Part shown: piece by piece, positions 18,352 through 27,903 of the stretch
Layout: each line of letters begins with the position of its first letter
How positions within the stretch are numbered: the first letter of the stretch is position 1
Assembly (NCBI GenBank): GCA_030431785.1
Contig: JAUIIM010000004.1
Location: 5,415 to 69,414, forward strand
Direction of reading: 5' to 3'
Length of the DNA: 64,000 bases
Origin: Acidimicrobiia bacterium
GTDB taxonomy: Bacteria > Actinomycetota > Acidimicrobiia > Spongiisociales > UBA5794
Notes under the pieces: generated by a model
The model's input: only the letters and a program-made list of their open reading frames with translations
Database searches by the model: none
What the model was told of the DNA's origin: nothing
Translations under genes and position numbers: made by a program

Positions 18352-19972
18352 CGTCAGACGAGGTCGATTCGAGGAGTGTCTCGTACTCGGCGCGGACGAC
18401 CTTCTTGTCGAACTTGCCAGTTCCGGTCTTGGGGATCTCGTCGATCACCACGAACGCATCGGGCATCCACCAGGATGCGATGCGAGGTTCGAGGAAGGCC
18501 TTGAGGTCGTCCTCGTCGACCGACACGCCGGGTTTCGGAACGACGAATGCAGCCGGTCGCTCCTGCCACTTGGGGTGGCGGAGTCCGACGACGGTCGCCT
18601 CGGCGATGTCCGGGTGCGCCATCAGCTCGTTCTCGACGTCGAGTGAGGAGATCCATTCGCCGCCGGACTTGATGACGTCCTTGGCCCGGTCGGTGATGCG
18701 GATGTAGCCGTCCGGGGTGATCTTGCACACGTCGCCGGTGCGGAGCCAACCGTCCATGAACGAGTTGGGCGACCGTTCATCCTTGTAGTACTCGGCGGCG
18801 ATCCACGGACCGCGGATCAGGAGTTCGCCGAACGCTTCGCCGTCGTGTGGGAGGGGCTCACCGGCGTCATCGACGATCTTGACCTGGAGGCCGGGAATCG
18901 GTCGGCCGGCGGTCTCGAGCACGTCGAGTTGCTCGTCCCAGTCCCAGTCCTCCATCCACGGCTTGAGTGTGGCTGCGGAGGCGACGGGGTTCGTCTCGGT
19001 CATACCCCAACCCTGGACGACGCGTACGCCGCGCTCGGTCATGAACCAGTCGATCATGGAACGTGGCACTGCAGATCCGCCACAGAACAATGCCCGTACG
19101 AATGACAGGTCGATGTCCGGATTGGCTTCGAGGTGCTGCTGGATGCCGAGCCATACGGTGGGTACTCCCGCCGAGAACGTCACCTTCTCGTTCACGAACA
19201 GGTTCACGATGCCCTCACCGGAGAGATCCGGACCGGGGTAGGTGAGCTTGGCGCCGACGGTGACGGCCATGAACGGATACCCCCAGGCTGCCGCATGGAA
19301 CATCGGGACCACCGGAAGCACGTTGTCGTCCGTGCCGACCGGGTTGGCGGCCAGGTTCGACAGGGTGTGCATGTACGTCGAACGCTGCGTGTACGCCACG
19401 CCCTTCGGGTTGCCCGTCGTGCCGGACGTGTAGCAGAACATCATCGGGCTGCGTTCGTCGAGGCGGGGCCACGGTCCGTGTTCGGGCTGATCAGCGATCA
19501 GATCCTCATACGCGATGGCCCCGGGGATCCCAGAGCCCTCCGCGGTCGGACCCATGATCACGAAGTGCTCGACGGTCTCGAACTTGTCGACCAGCGGAGC
19601 GATGGCGGGGGCGAGGTCGGGGTCGATGAAGATTGCCTTGTCCTGTGCGTGGTTGACGATGTAGACGAGCTGGTCCGGGAACAGCCGGATGTTGAGTGTG
19701 TGACAGATACGACCGGTGTTCACCGTCGCCCAGTACAGCTCGTGGTGTCGGTGGTTGTTCCAGGCGAACGTGCCGACGGCTTCGCCCTGCGCGATGCCGA
19801 GGGTGTCGAATGCAGATGCGAGCTTTCGGACACGGACATCGGTTTCCGCGTAGGTGGTCCGGTGGATCGAACGGTCGGCCTCAACCGACACGATCTCCTG
19901 TGGCCCGTACTGCCAGACGGCGTTGTCGTACAGGGTGCTCAGAAGGAGTGGAAAGTCGTCTTGCATGTGCAT
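18344..19972 (-). CDS. long-chain fatty-acid--CoA ligase (AMP-dependent synthetase)
   Basis: AMP-binding motifs [17 protein letters not shown] and TGD...GY. Start at ATG 19972; the neighbouring ATG 19966 is an alternative. Confidence 0.85.
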   Translation of the reverse strand: MHMQDDFPLLLSTLYDNAVWQYGPQEIVSVEADRSIHRTTYAETDVRVRKLASAFDTLGIAQGEAVGTFAWNNHRHHELYWATVNTGRICHTLNIRLFPDQLVYIVNHAQDKAIFIDPDLAPAIAPLVDKFETVEHFVIMGPTAEGSGIPGAIAYEDLIADQPEHGPWPRLDERSPMMFCYTSGTTGNPKGVAYTQRSTYMHTLSNLAANPVGTDDNVLPVVPMFHAAAWGYPFMAVTVGAKLTYPGPDLSGEGIVNLFVNEKVTFSAGVPTVWLGIQQHLEANPDIDLSFVRALFCGGSAVPRSMIDWFMTERGVRVVQGWGMTETNPVASAATLKPWMEDWDWDEQLDVLETAGRPIPGLQVKIVDDAGEPLPHDGEAFGELLIRGPWIAAEYYKDERSPNSFMDGWLRTGDVCKITPDGYIRITDRAKDVIKSGGEWISSLDVENELMAHPDIAEATVVGLRHPKWQERPAAFVVPKPGVSVDEDDLKAFLEPRIASWWMPDAFVVIDEIPKTGTGKFDKKVVRAEYETLLESTSSDDE

Positions 19973-20064
19973 CGGAAACTCCCGGTTTGGACGCAGCCCC
20001 ACGATACGCAAGTCGTGGCCGGTGGGCGACCGGCTACCGACGGAGTGCGCGTAGCCTTGCGTCG

Positions 20065-21837
20065 ATGTTCGGTGCCCGCTTCGATGACATGGTCACAGGG
20101 GAGTCCTTCTCGCTCGTCGAGCCCGTGGAGGAGTTGGTTGCGCGATCTCCGGATGAGGTCGTCGCCGTGATCGACCATGTAGCGCAAGCCTCACGTGATG
20201 GTCAGTGGGTCGCCGGCTACCTCGCATATGAGGCGGCGCCAGCCTTCGACGCTGCGTTGACCACTGCCCGCCATACCGACGGGCCGGTCGCATGGTTCGG
20301 GGTCTTCCGCGACGCTGTCTCCGTTGAACGCCCACGGACCAACGGGTCCGTCCCCGGTGCCTACACGTTGTCGACCTGGCTGCCGTCGGTGGATGCCGAC
20401 GACTATCGGCATGCCTTTGGCGCCGTTCGGGACCACATCGAGCAGGGTGACACCTATCAGGTCAACGTCACCTTCCCACTCTCGGCGGCGTTCAACGGCG
20501 ATCCGGAGGCGCTCTACGCAGACCTGGTCGCGGCGCAGCTTCCGGGATATGCGTCGCACATCTGGCACGGCGACGATCACATCCTGTCATCGAGTCCCGA
20601 ACGTTTCTTCGCAATCGAGGGACGACGGATCGTCACCACCCCGATGAAGGGGACCGCACGCCGCGGGCGGTGGGCCGAAGAGGACCGTGCGATCCAGCAG
20701 CGTCTCGAAGCATCCTCGAAGGATCGGGCCGAGAACCTCATGATCGTCGACCTCATCCGCAACGACCTCGGACGGGTGGCCGAGTTCGGAAGTGTTGAAG
20801 TGCAGGACCTGTTCTCGGTAGAGCGGTTTCCGACGGTCTGGCAGATGACATCGACGATCGCTGCGGAGTTGCGTGACGACGTGGCGCTCGCCGATGTGTT
20901 CGGTGCATTGTTTCCTTGTGGTTCCGTGACCGGTGCACCGAAGGCGAGCTCGATGGCGATCATCGCCGATGTCGAGAAGGCCCCGCGTGGGGTCTATTGC
21001 GGGACAGTCGGATTCATCCCTCCGGGTGATGGACGTACCGGTGCGTCGTTCAACGTCGCCATCCGGACCGTCCAGGTCGATGCTGCGGAGGGTGTTGCGT
21101 CCTATGGCGTCGGTGGTGGCGTCACGTGGTACTCCGATGCGAACGCCGAATATGAAGAGGCGTTGACGAAGGCGCTCGTGCTGCATCGCCCGACTGCCGT
21201 CGACGGATTGATCGAGACGATCCGGTGGGAGCCGGCGACGGGTTGGGTACTTCTCGATGCACACATGACGCGTCTCGCCGACTCGGCCGCGTACTACGAC
21301 ATCGAGGTCGACCCGGAAGCCGTTCACATGCTCCTGGACTCGGCGGTCGATGGGCGCTCCGCACCGACACGGGTCCGGCTCTCGATTGGTCACGACGAGC
21401 TCGAGGTCATGGTTGCCGACGCTCCTCATTCCTTCGCCACCGGTCCGCACAGTGTGTCGTCGGATGTCGTCACCCTTGCCATCGACCCCGAGCCAGTGGA
21501 TGCCGCCGACCATGCGTTGTTCCACAAGACGACCTCTCGCGACCAGTACGACCGCCGCATGGCACGACATCCGTACGTCGACGACGTCGTGCTCGTCAAC
21601 ACCGAGGGGCGGGTGACCGAAACGTGTATCGCCAACATCGCGGTCCTCGACGGCGGTGCGTGGAAGACGCCACCCATCGAGGATGGCTTGCTGGCGGGCA
21701 TCATGCGTGGCGATCTCCTTGCGCGCGGTGTGTTGGGCGAGGGGTCGATCACGGTCGATGAATTGCGCGGCGCAGACGCCATCGCGGTCTTCAACTCGGT
21801 CCGGGGTTGGCAGCCCGCCGTTCTCACCACGACATGA
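20065..21837 (+). CDS. pabB-pabC: aminodeoxychorismate synthase component I fused to aminodeoxychorismate lyase (class IV aminotransferase fold)
   Basis: Chorismate-binding motifs SPERFF, PMKGT, GAPK and RGVYCG, followed by a C-terminal class IV fold (FHKTTSR, NSVRG). Start at ATG 20065. Confidence 0.8.
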   Translation: MFGARFDDMVTGESFSLVEPVEELVARSPDEVVAVIDHVAQASRDGQWVAGYLAYEAAPAFDAALTTARHTDGPVAWFGVFRDAVSVERPRTNGSVPGAYTLSTWLPSVDADDYRHAFGAVRDHIEQGDTYQVNVTFPLSAAFNGDPEALYADLVAAQLPGYASHIWHGDDHILSSSPERFFAIEGRRIVTTPMKGTARRGRWAEEDRAIQQRLEASSKDRAENLMIVDLIRNDLGRVAEFGSVEVQDLFSVERFPTVWQMTSTIAAELRDDVALADVFGALFPCGSVTGAPKASSMAIIADVEKAPRGVYCGTVGFIPPGDGRTGASFNVAIRTVQVDAAEGVASYGVGGGVTWYSDANAEYEEALTKALVLHRPTAVDGLIETIRWEPATGWVLLDAHMTRLADSAAYYDIEVDPEAVHMLLDSAVDGRSAPTRVRLSIGHDELEVMVADAPHSFATGPHSVSSDVVTLAIDPEPVDAADHALFHKTTSRDQYDRRMARHPYVDDVVLVNTEGRVTETCIANIAVLDGGAWKTPPIEDGLLAGIMRGDLLARGVLGEGSITVDELRGADAIAVFNSVRGWQPAVLTTT

Positions 21838-21852
21838 TCTAGCCTCGGGTCG

Positions 21853-22890
21853 ATGCCCGGCGACATGCTCCAGATCCTTCGTCCTGACGGGACCCTCGTC
21901 GGCGACGCGCCCGTCGATGTCGACACCACTCGCGACCTCTATCACGCGATGGTCGTCGGTCGTGTGTATGACCGGAAGTGCACGGCGATGCAGAAGCAGG
22001 GCAGGCTTGCTACCTACGCCCCGTTCGAGGGCCAGGAGGCGTGCCAGATCGGTGCCGTCGCCCCGCTCGAGGAGCAGGACTGGGTGGTGGCGACCTACCG
22101 CGATGCCGCGGCCATGTGGTTCGCCGGGTATCCGATGGTCAACCTCATCCTCGGCAGGACCGGCGACGAGCGCGGCGGGCAGATCCCAGAGGGTGTGAAC
22201 GTACTGCCACCGTCGATCACGGTGGGCGGACACATGATCCACGCCGTCGGCACCGGTTGGGCGAGCAAGCTGCAGGGCGACGGTGGGGTGTCGCTCACAA
22301 TGTTCGGCGACGGGGCGACCTCAGAGGGCGACTTCCATGAAGCGATGAACTTCGCCGGGGTGTACCAGACGCCCACAGTCTTCTTTTGTCAGAACAACGG
22401 ATGGGCGATCTCGTTGCCGTTCGAACAACAGACGAACGCGGCGGCGCTCGTCGACAAGGCCATCGGGTATGGGATGCCCGGGGTCCGCATCGATGGGAAC
22501 GACCTCTTTGCGGTCGTCGCCGCCACCACCGAGGCGGTCGAGACCGCTCGGTCCGGTGGGGGCCCGACCTTCATCGAGGCCATGACCTATCGAATCGGTC
22601 CACACACGACGGCGGACGATCCTGGGCGTTATCGCACCGAGGAGGCGACCGATGAGTGGCGCCGCAGCGATCCGATCGATCGGGTTCGTGCCTATCTCGT
22701 CGCCAACGATGCGTGGGATCAGTCGTGGGAAGACGAGGTCGCCGACGAAGCGTCCGATCAGGTCGAGGCTGCGGTCGAGGAAGCGGAAGCGCTCGACCCG
22801 TTCACTGCCGGCGAAGTGTTCGATGCGATGTTCGCCGAGCCAACGCAGACGCTCCTTGACCAGCGGGACATGCTCCGGAGGGACGGCTGA
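21853..22890 (+). CDS. 2-oxoacid dehydrogenase E1 alpha subunit (TPP-dependent)
   Basis: 345 aa. TPP-binding region GDGATSEGDFHEAMNFA. Confidence 0.85.
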   Translation: MPGDMLQILRPDGTLVGDAPVDVDTTRDLYHAMVVGRVYDRKCTAMQKQGRLATYAPFEGQEACQIGAVAPLEEQDWVVATYRDAAAMWFAGYPMVNLILGRTGDERGGQIPEGVNVLPPSITVGGHMIHAVGTGWASKLQGDGGVSLTMFGDGATSEGDFHEAMNFAGVYQTPTVFFCQNNGWAISLPFEQQTNAAALVDKAIGYGMPGVRIDGNDLFAVVAATTEAVETARSGGGPTFIEAMTYRIGPHTTADDPGRYRTEEATDEWRRSDPIDRVRAYLVANDAWDQSWEDEVADEASDQVEAAVEEAEALDPFTAGEVFDAMFAEPTQTLLDQRDMLRRDG

Positions 22891-23882
22891 TGAACGGTCA
22901 GGCGACCACGGAGCGGACGATGGCGCAGGCGTTGAACGCTGGGCTTCGCGAGGCGCTCTCCGACGAGTCGGTCGTGATCCTCGGTGAGGACGTCGGTCGG
23001 ACCGGTGGCGTGTTCCGCGTGACGGACGGTTTGCAGGCCGAGTACGGGGCGGAACGGGTCGTGGATACACCGGTCGCCGAGTCGGGGATCGTCGGTGCAG
23101 CATTCGGGCTTGCCGTCGCCGGTATGCGGCCCATCGCCGAGATCCAGTTCATGGGGTTCTCCTACCCGGGATACGACCAGGTGGTGAACCATGTATCCCG
23201 CATTCGGAACCGGTCCCGCCATCGATTCACTGCGCCTCTGGTGATTCGGATTCCCTACGGGGGTGGTATCGGTGCGGCCGAGCACCACTCCGAATCCTTC
23301 GAGGCGATCTACACGCATGTGCCAGGTCTCAAGGTGGTCGTCCCGTCTCGCCCAATCGATGCCAAAGGCTTGTTGACCGCTGCCGTCGCGGACCCGGACC
23401 CGGTCATCTTCCTCGAACCGATTCGGGCCTATCGGTCGATGAAGGAAGAGGTTCCCGACGACTCATACGAGGTGCCGATCGGTGTCGCATCGATCGAGCG
23501 GCCCGGTGACGATGTCACGCTCATCGGCTATGGAGCGATGATGCGCGAGGTTCGCGAGGCGGCTGAGGTGCTCGCATCATCCGGTGTCGGAGCCGAGGTC
23601 ATCGACCTCCGGACACTCGTGCCCCTCGACGTGGAGACGGTCATTGCCTCCGTGCAGAACACCGGCCGAGCCGTCATCGTGCACGAGGCACCACGGACGT
23701 CAGGGTTCGGCGGCGAGATCGCTGCGACGATCCAGGAGCGTGCGCTGTACTCCCTCCGTGCGCCCGTCGAACGCGTGACCGGCTGGGACATCGTCGTCCC
23801 GTTGCGGCGGGCCGAGAAGCATTACACGCCCGGCGTCGACAGGATCGTCGCCGCTGCGATGAGGACCACGGAGGGTCACTGA
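22890..23882 (+). CDS. 2-oxoacid dehydrogenase E1 beta subunit
   Basis: 330 aa with a transketolase-like pyrimidine-binding domain and C-terminal domain. ATGA coupling on both sides. Confidence 0.9.
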   Translation: MNGQATTERTMAQALNAGLREALSDESVVILGEDVGRTGGVFRVTDGLQAEYGAERVVDTPVAESGIVGAAFGLAVAGMRPIAEIQFMGFSYPGYDQVVNHVSRIRNRSRHRFTAPLVIRIPYGGGIGAAEHHSESFEAIYTHVPGLKVVVPSRPIDAKGLLTAAVADPDPVIFLEPIRAYRSMKEEVPDDSYEVPIGVASIERPGDDVTLIGYGAMMREVREAAEVLASSGVGAEVIDLRTLVPLDVETVIASVQNTGRAVIVHEAPRTSGFGGEIAATIQERALYSLRAPVERVTGWDIVVPLRRAEKHYTPGVDRIVAAAMRTTEGH

Positions 23883-25015
23883 TGGCAACCGAATTCCACT
23901 TGCCTGACATCGGGGAAGGCCTCGCCGAAGCGACGATCGTCCACTGGTATGTCGAAGTCGGTGAACGCGTCGAAACCGATGCGCCCCTCGTCGAGATCGA
24001 GACGGACAAGGCCGTCGTCGAAGTGCCGGCCCCGGTGGCCGGCGTCGTGTTGCATCACGGTGCCGCAGTGGACGAGGTCCTCGAGGTGGAGGCGCTTCTC
24101 GCAGTGATCGGCGACGAGGGAGAGTCATGGGCGCCGTCGAGTTCTCCGGAACCGGCGGCAACAGCGACGACCTCGGACGAAGCCGCACCGATCGTCGGCA
24201 CCCTGGATTCGAGCGATGCACCCACGGTTGCGAGCGGTGTCCAAGCCCTGCCCATGGTGCGGAAGCTCGCCGCCGAACTCGGTGTCGATCTGACTTCAGT
24301 CGCCGGCTCGGGACCGGGTGGCCGTGTCACCGAAGCCGACGTACGGTCGGCTGCCGAAGCGACCACGGGACCGCATACCCGGGTGCCACTGTCAGCGACA
24401 CGGAAGGCGATCGTCGCCAACCTGTCGAGGTCGTGGACCGAGATCCCACACGTGACGACGTACAGCGAAGTGGACGCATCCGCACTGCTCGCTGCTCGTG
24501 CCGACGCCGGAAAGCCCCCGCTCGAGGCGATTCTGATGCACCGGCTTGTTCCCGTCCTCAAGGAGTTCCCCGGCTTCAACGCATCGTTCGCCGGTGACGC
24601 CGTCCTCCAGCACGAACGATGGGACCTCGGGTTCGCCGTGGACACGCCGGATGGACTGATGGTCGCTGTGGTCCGTGATGTCGATCAGAAGTCGGTCGCT
24701 CAGCTCGGCGACGAGATACGTGAACTCGCCGATGGCGCAAAGTCGCGCTCGTTGACGCGAGCCGAACTCACGGGCCAGACGTTCACCATCTCCAACATCG
24801 GTGCCGTCGGCGGCCGGTATGGCACGCCCATCATCCCGTACGGCACGTCCGCCATCCTTTCGGTCGGGCGCGCCGAACCGCAAGCGGTCGTGCGCGATGG
24901 CGAGATCACCATCGCTACCGAATTCCCTCTGTCGCTGTCCTACGACCACCGCATCATCGACGGCGGTACTGGTCGAGCATTCATGGCCGCGGTGGTCGCA
25001 GCCTTTAGTTCCTAA
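23882..25015 (+). CDS. dihydrolipoamide acyltransferase E2
   Basis: Lipoyl motif EIETDKAVVEV, a PSBD (MVRKLAAELGVDL) and the catalytic DHRIIDG. Confidence 0.9.
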   Translation: MATEFHLPDIGEGLAEATIVHWYVEVGERVETDAPLVEIETDKAVVEVPAPVAGVVLHHGAAVDEVLEVEALLAVIGDEGESWAPSSSPEPAATATTSDEAAPIVGTLDSSDAPTVASGVQALPMVRKLAAELGVDLTSVAGSGPGGRVTEADVRSAAEATTGPHTRVPLSATRKAIVANLSRSWTEIPHVTTYSEVDASALLAARADAGKPPLEAILMHRLVPVLKEFPGFNASFAGDAVLQHERWDLGFAVDTPDGLMVAVVRDVDQKSVAQLGDEIRELADGAKSRSLTRAELTGQTFTISNIGAVGGRYGTPIIPYGTSAILSVGRAEPQAVVRDGEITIATEFPLSLSYDHRIIDGGTGRAFMAAVVAAFSS

Positions 25016-26325
25016 GGCGGGGATCGGTCGGACGCCGCGACTGCGGTGGTCGCCCCCGTTGTGCGGTTCACGATGTATCGGCGCCCGATGGGGGAGCGCC
25101 AGAGGTAGTCGCCCGACTCGGTGATCGAATGCTCCCATCCTGCCTCGTGGCGAATGCGGTGGTCGTGCCGACACAGCGGGAGGAGGTTGGCGATGGCGGT
25201 CGGGCCGCCGGCCGAGTACTCGTCTCGGTGGTCGATGTCCGATTCGATGGCCGGCATCCGGCAACCGGGGAATGCACACGTCGGGTGATACATCTCGATG
25301 AACCGTCGCTGGTCCGCGGATGGGCGGCGACGGGTCGTGTCGACGGCGACGGGAGCTCCGGTTTCGGGATCCGTCACCATGAATCGCCACTCGGCGTCAG
25401 GGTTTTGTTCGACGGTCTTGCGGGCGATGTCGGCGATGACCGGTCCATAGCCGTGCAACTCGCCGCCTGATTCGTTGAGTTCGACGAGCGTGTCGAGATC
25501 CACACGAATGTCGACGACACCGCGGCCGAGGCGGTCTTCGGAGGTGCCGGCGAGGAGGTCGAGGTAGATGTCGGCGCGCAGCTGGTCCATCGTGCGGGTT
25601 TCTCCATCACGACGCAGCGACTTTGCAATGTCGTTGATGCGACGCCGCACCTCGACCACCCGATCGGGTGGGAGGTTCGAGCCCTGGAGGTTCCCGGTTC
25701 CGTCCGGGTTGACCCACATCTCAACGCGTCGCTGCTCGACGGCCGCTTGATATCGGTGTGCGGCCGCTTCAGGTTCGACTTCAAGGGCGAGCTTTCGGAT
25801 CCGTGATCGGAGTTGGCCGGTCGTGAGGTGGGGTGCGTCGTCGACGATCGCATCGGCAACCCGTGTCTTCACGTCACGCGAGAGTCCGTAGAGAGAGTTG
25901 TGGATGGCGCGCAGTCGCCGGACGTCGATGTCCCCGGACTCGAGCAGCGCGGTGATCTGTGGCAACTCGTCCCGCATCTGGAGAGCTCGAGCCAACTCCG
26001 TGTCTGCGGCGGCTCTGGTCATGTGCAATGCGGCCCGGATCTCGCTTGCGACGTATTCCGGGGTGTGCGGATCGTCGGGATCAGCCCCGGTCTCCTCTAC
26101 GTAGCCATCCACCAGGGCAGCCATCTCCGACATCAGGCGGGCGGAGTGGTGCGAGACCATCCGTTGACGGGCTCGGAGCACCTTCATACGGTCGTCGGGA
26201 GACAGTCGGTCCATCTCGACGGCGCTCAGATAGGCGTCGAGCACCGGCCCGGGAGCCATCTCGTCGAGACGTCCCGGAACCGACGCCGTGTGTTCAGTTG
26301 TCTGAGCAGTGTCGAGGTCCAACAT
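25012..26325 (-). CDS. DUF222 / HNH endonuclease-domain protein (13E12-repeat-like family)
   Basis: C-terminal HNH region (CAFPGCRMPAIESDIDHRDEY...LLPLCRHDHRIRH) and an N-terminal DUF222-like helical region. Its 3' end overlaps the E2 stop codon by 4 nt (convergent genes). Confidence 0.8.
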   Translation of the reverse strand: MLDLDTAQTTEHTASVPGRLDEMAPGPVLDAYLSAVEMDRLSPDDRMKVLRARQRMVSHHSARLMSEMAALVDGYVEETGADPDDPHTPEYVASEIRAALHMTRAAADTELARALQMRDELPQITALLESGDIDVRRLRAIHNSLYGLSRDVKTRVADAIVDDAPHLTTGQLRSRIRKLALEVEPEAAAHRYQAAVEQRRVEMWVNPDGTGNLQGSNLPPDRVVEVRRRINDIAKSLRRDGETRTMDQLRADIYLDLLAGTSEDRLGRGVVDIRVDLDTLVELNESGGELHGYGPVIADIARKTVEQNPDAEWRFMVTDPETGAPVAVDTTRRRPSADQRRFIEMYHPTCAFPGCRMPAIESDIDHRDEYSAGGPTAIANLLPLCRHDHRIRHEAGWEHSITESGDYLWRSPIGRRYIVNRTTGATTAVAASDRSPP

Positions 26326-26331
26326 GGATAC

Positions 26332-26354
26332 AACGTATCAACGGGGTGTGACAG
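26332..26354 (-). promoter_or_regulatory. CTGTCACAC-N8-TACGTT promoter-like motif, 6 nt upstream of the HNH gene ATG (leaderless geometry)
   Basis: The minus strand reads TTCTGTCACAC CCCGTTGA TACGTT GTATCC ATG. The 12-nt core is identical to the recA and LysM copies. Confidence 0.6.
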
Positions 26355-26370
26355 AAACTGAGCAAACGTC

Positions 26371-27366
26371 CTACAGCTCCGGGATCTCCACGGGTTGGCC
26401 GCTGGCGATCGACTCCTCGATACAGCGTGAGACAAGGAGCGAGATCGTCCCGTCACGCGGCCCGGGCACCGTGACGTCCTCTCCGGCTATCCGTGCCACC
26501 GTCGCTGCCAACAGCGGGGCGGTCCCGGCAGCAAACGGGTCGTCCGTCGGGTCGATGACGACCTCGTCCACCTCGCCCGGCCGATGCAGGACAAGCCGGC
26601 GACCGTGATCGTGAATCGTTGCGTTGACCCCGGATGCAGCAGTCTGGAACGACCAGGTCGACACCAACGCACTCGCACCGGCGGTTCCATGGATGAGGGA
26701 GCCGACCGCACCGTTGGCGAACAGCAAGGTCGCCGTGGCGGTGTCGGGATCCCCGGACGTGCCGGAGGCGCCAGAAGCCTGCCCCTCTGCGAACACCCGC
26801 ACGACCTCGCTCCCGCTGAGGAAGCGGAGGAGGTCGACGGAGTGGACGAGCGAGCTGACGAGTCGCCCGCCCGACAGTGCCGGATCGTTCACCCAGCTGC
26901 TCGCTCCCGGCGGTGCAGGGTCGTAGAGGGTGTGTGCATGCAGGACCCGCGGCTCGGGAACCGCACGCCGGGCGGCCACAGAGGCCGCTGTGTACCGGAA
27001 CTTGTAGCCAACGCTGACTACGACCCCGCACTTCTCAGCGACACGCTCGATGTCGAGACATTCCTCCACGGTCATCGCCATCGGCTTCTCCAACAGGATG
27101 TGCTTGCCGCTTCGAGCCCCCGCCAAGGCGAGGTCGTGATGCGTGTGGGTCGTGGTCGCGATCACCACCAGATCGATGTGGGGGGAGTCCCACACGTCTT
27201 CCAGGCGGTTCGTCGCCGTCGAGCCGGTGTCCGCCGCCAGGTCCGTGGCCCGAGGTTCGTCGAGGTCGGCGCACAGGAGGAGTTCCGTGTCCCGAGAAGC
27301 GACCACGTTGCTGGCGTGGATTCTGCCCTGGAATCCGCACCCGATCACTGCTACTCCCAACGGCAT
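26371..27366 (-). CDS. Gfo/Idh/MocA family oxidoreductase
   Basis: Rossmann N-terminus VAVIGCGFQGRIH. Start at ATG 27366. I rejected the 116-aa Arg/Cys-rich ORF extension. Confidence 0.8.
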   Translation of the reverse strand: MPLGVAVIGCGFQGRIHASNVVASRDTELLLCADLDEPRATDLAADTGSTATNRLEDVWDSPHIDLVVIATTTHTHHDLALAGARSGKHILLEKPMAMTVEECLDIERVAEKCGVVVSVGYKFRYTAASVAARRAVPEPRVLHAHTLYDPAPPGASSWVNDPALSGGRLVSSLVHSVDLLRFLSGSEVVRVFAEGQASGASGTSGDPDTATATLLFANGAVGSLIHGTAGASALVSTWSFQTAASGVNATIHDHGRRLVLHRPGEVDEVVIDPTDDPFAAGTAPLLAATVARIAGEDVTVPGPRDGTISLLVSRCIEESIASGQPVEIPEL

Positions 27367-27449
27367 TGCGGCCACGCTCCAAGCTCTAGTCAACGTTGTT
27401 GATGAATTGAGCGTAGACCCGGTACTGACGGCTTGCGTACACTCGGCGC

Positions 27450-27860
27450 ATGAACCTCGATGACATCCGGGTACGGCTCGGAGAGATCCAAACCGAACTG
27501 CTCGACCTGCCCGACGATGCCTTCGAGCAGCGCCACAAACTGCGAGAGGAACAGGACCGTCTCCGGACCGAAGCTCGGTCGCACGCCGGTGACATGGACA
27601 AGGATCGGTCCACCCCAGACCTCCTGTCCGAACTCTCCGGCCTCCGCACCCAGATGAAGTCGATCGAGAAGATGCGCATCGACCTCGTTCAGCAGGCCGG
27701 TTCCGGTGGCGCAACTTCCTCCGAGATGGGGAACCTCGGTGGCGTGAAGATCAACAAGGGGATCGACGATGCGCAGGGCCTCCCTGCCATCAAGGCGCGG
27801 ATCGGCCTGATCAAAGGCATCCTCATCGACCGCGGCGTCGAGGTACCAGAAGCGGACTGA
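27450..27860 (+). CDS. hypothetical protein
   Basis: 136 aa with a coiled-coil-like N-terminus. TACACT sits 6 nt upstream of the ATG (leaderless geometry). The competing antisense ORF 27390..28043 has arginine-rich composition. Confidence 0.45.
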   Translation: MNLDDIRVRLGEIQTELLDLPDDAFEQRHKLREEQDRLRTEARSHAGDMDKDRSTPDLLSELSGLRTQMKSIEKMRIDLVQQAGSGGATSSEMGNLGGVKINKGIDDAQGLPAIKARIGLIKGILIDRGVEVPEAD

Positions 27861-27903
27861 CGCCGACTTTGTACTCGGGCACAGACCGCCATACGCTGCG
27901 GTT

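Noticed and set aside
19684-19706. Fourth copy of CTGTCACAC (minus strand) inside the acyl-CoA ligase gene
   Set aside because: The hexamer 8 nt downstream is TCCGGC, not TANNNT, and the site is intragenic. I treat it as a chance 9-mer match.
20587-22242. 551-aa minus-strand ORF across the pabBC/E1-alpha junction
   Set aside because: It is antisense to two genes with strong catalytic motifs and spans their intergenic gap.
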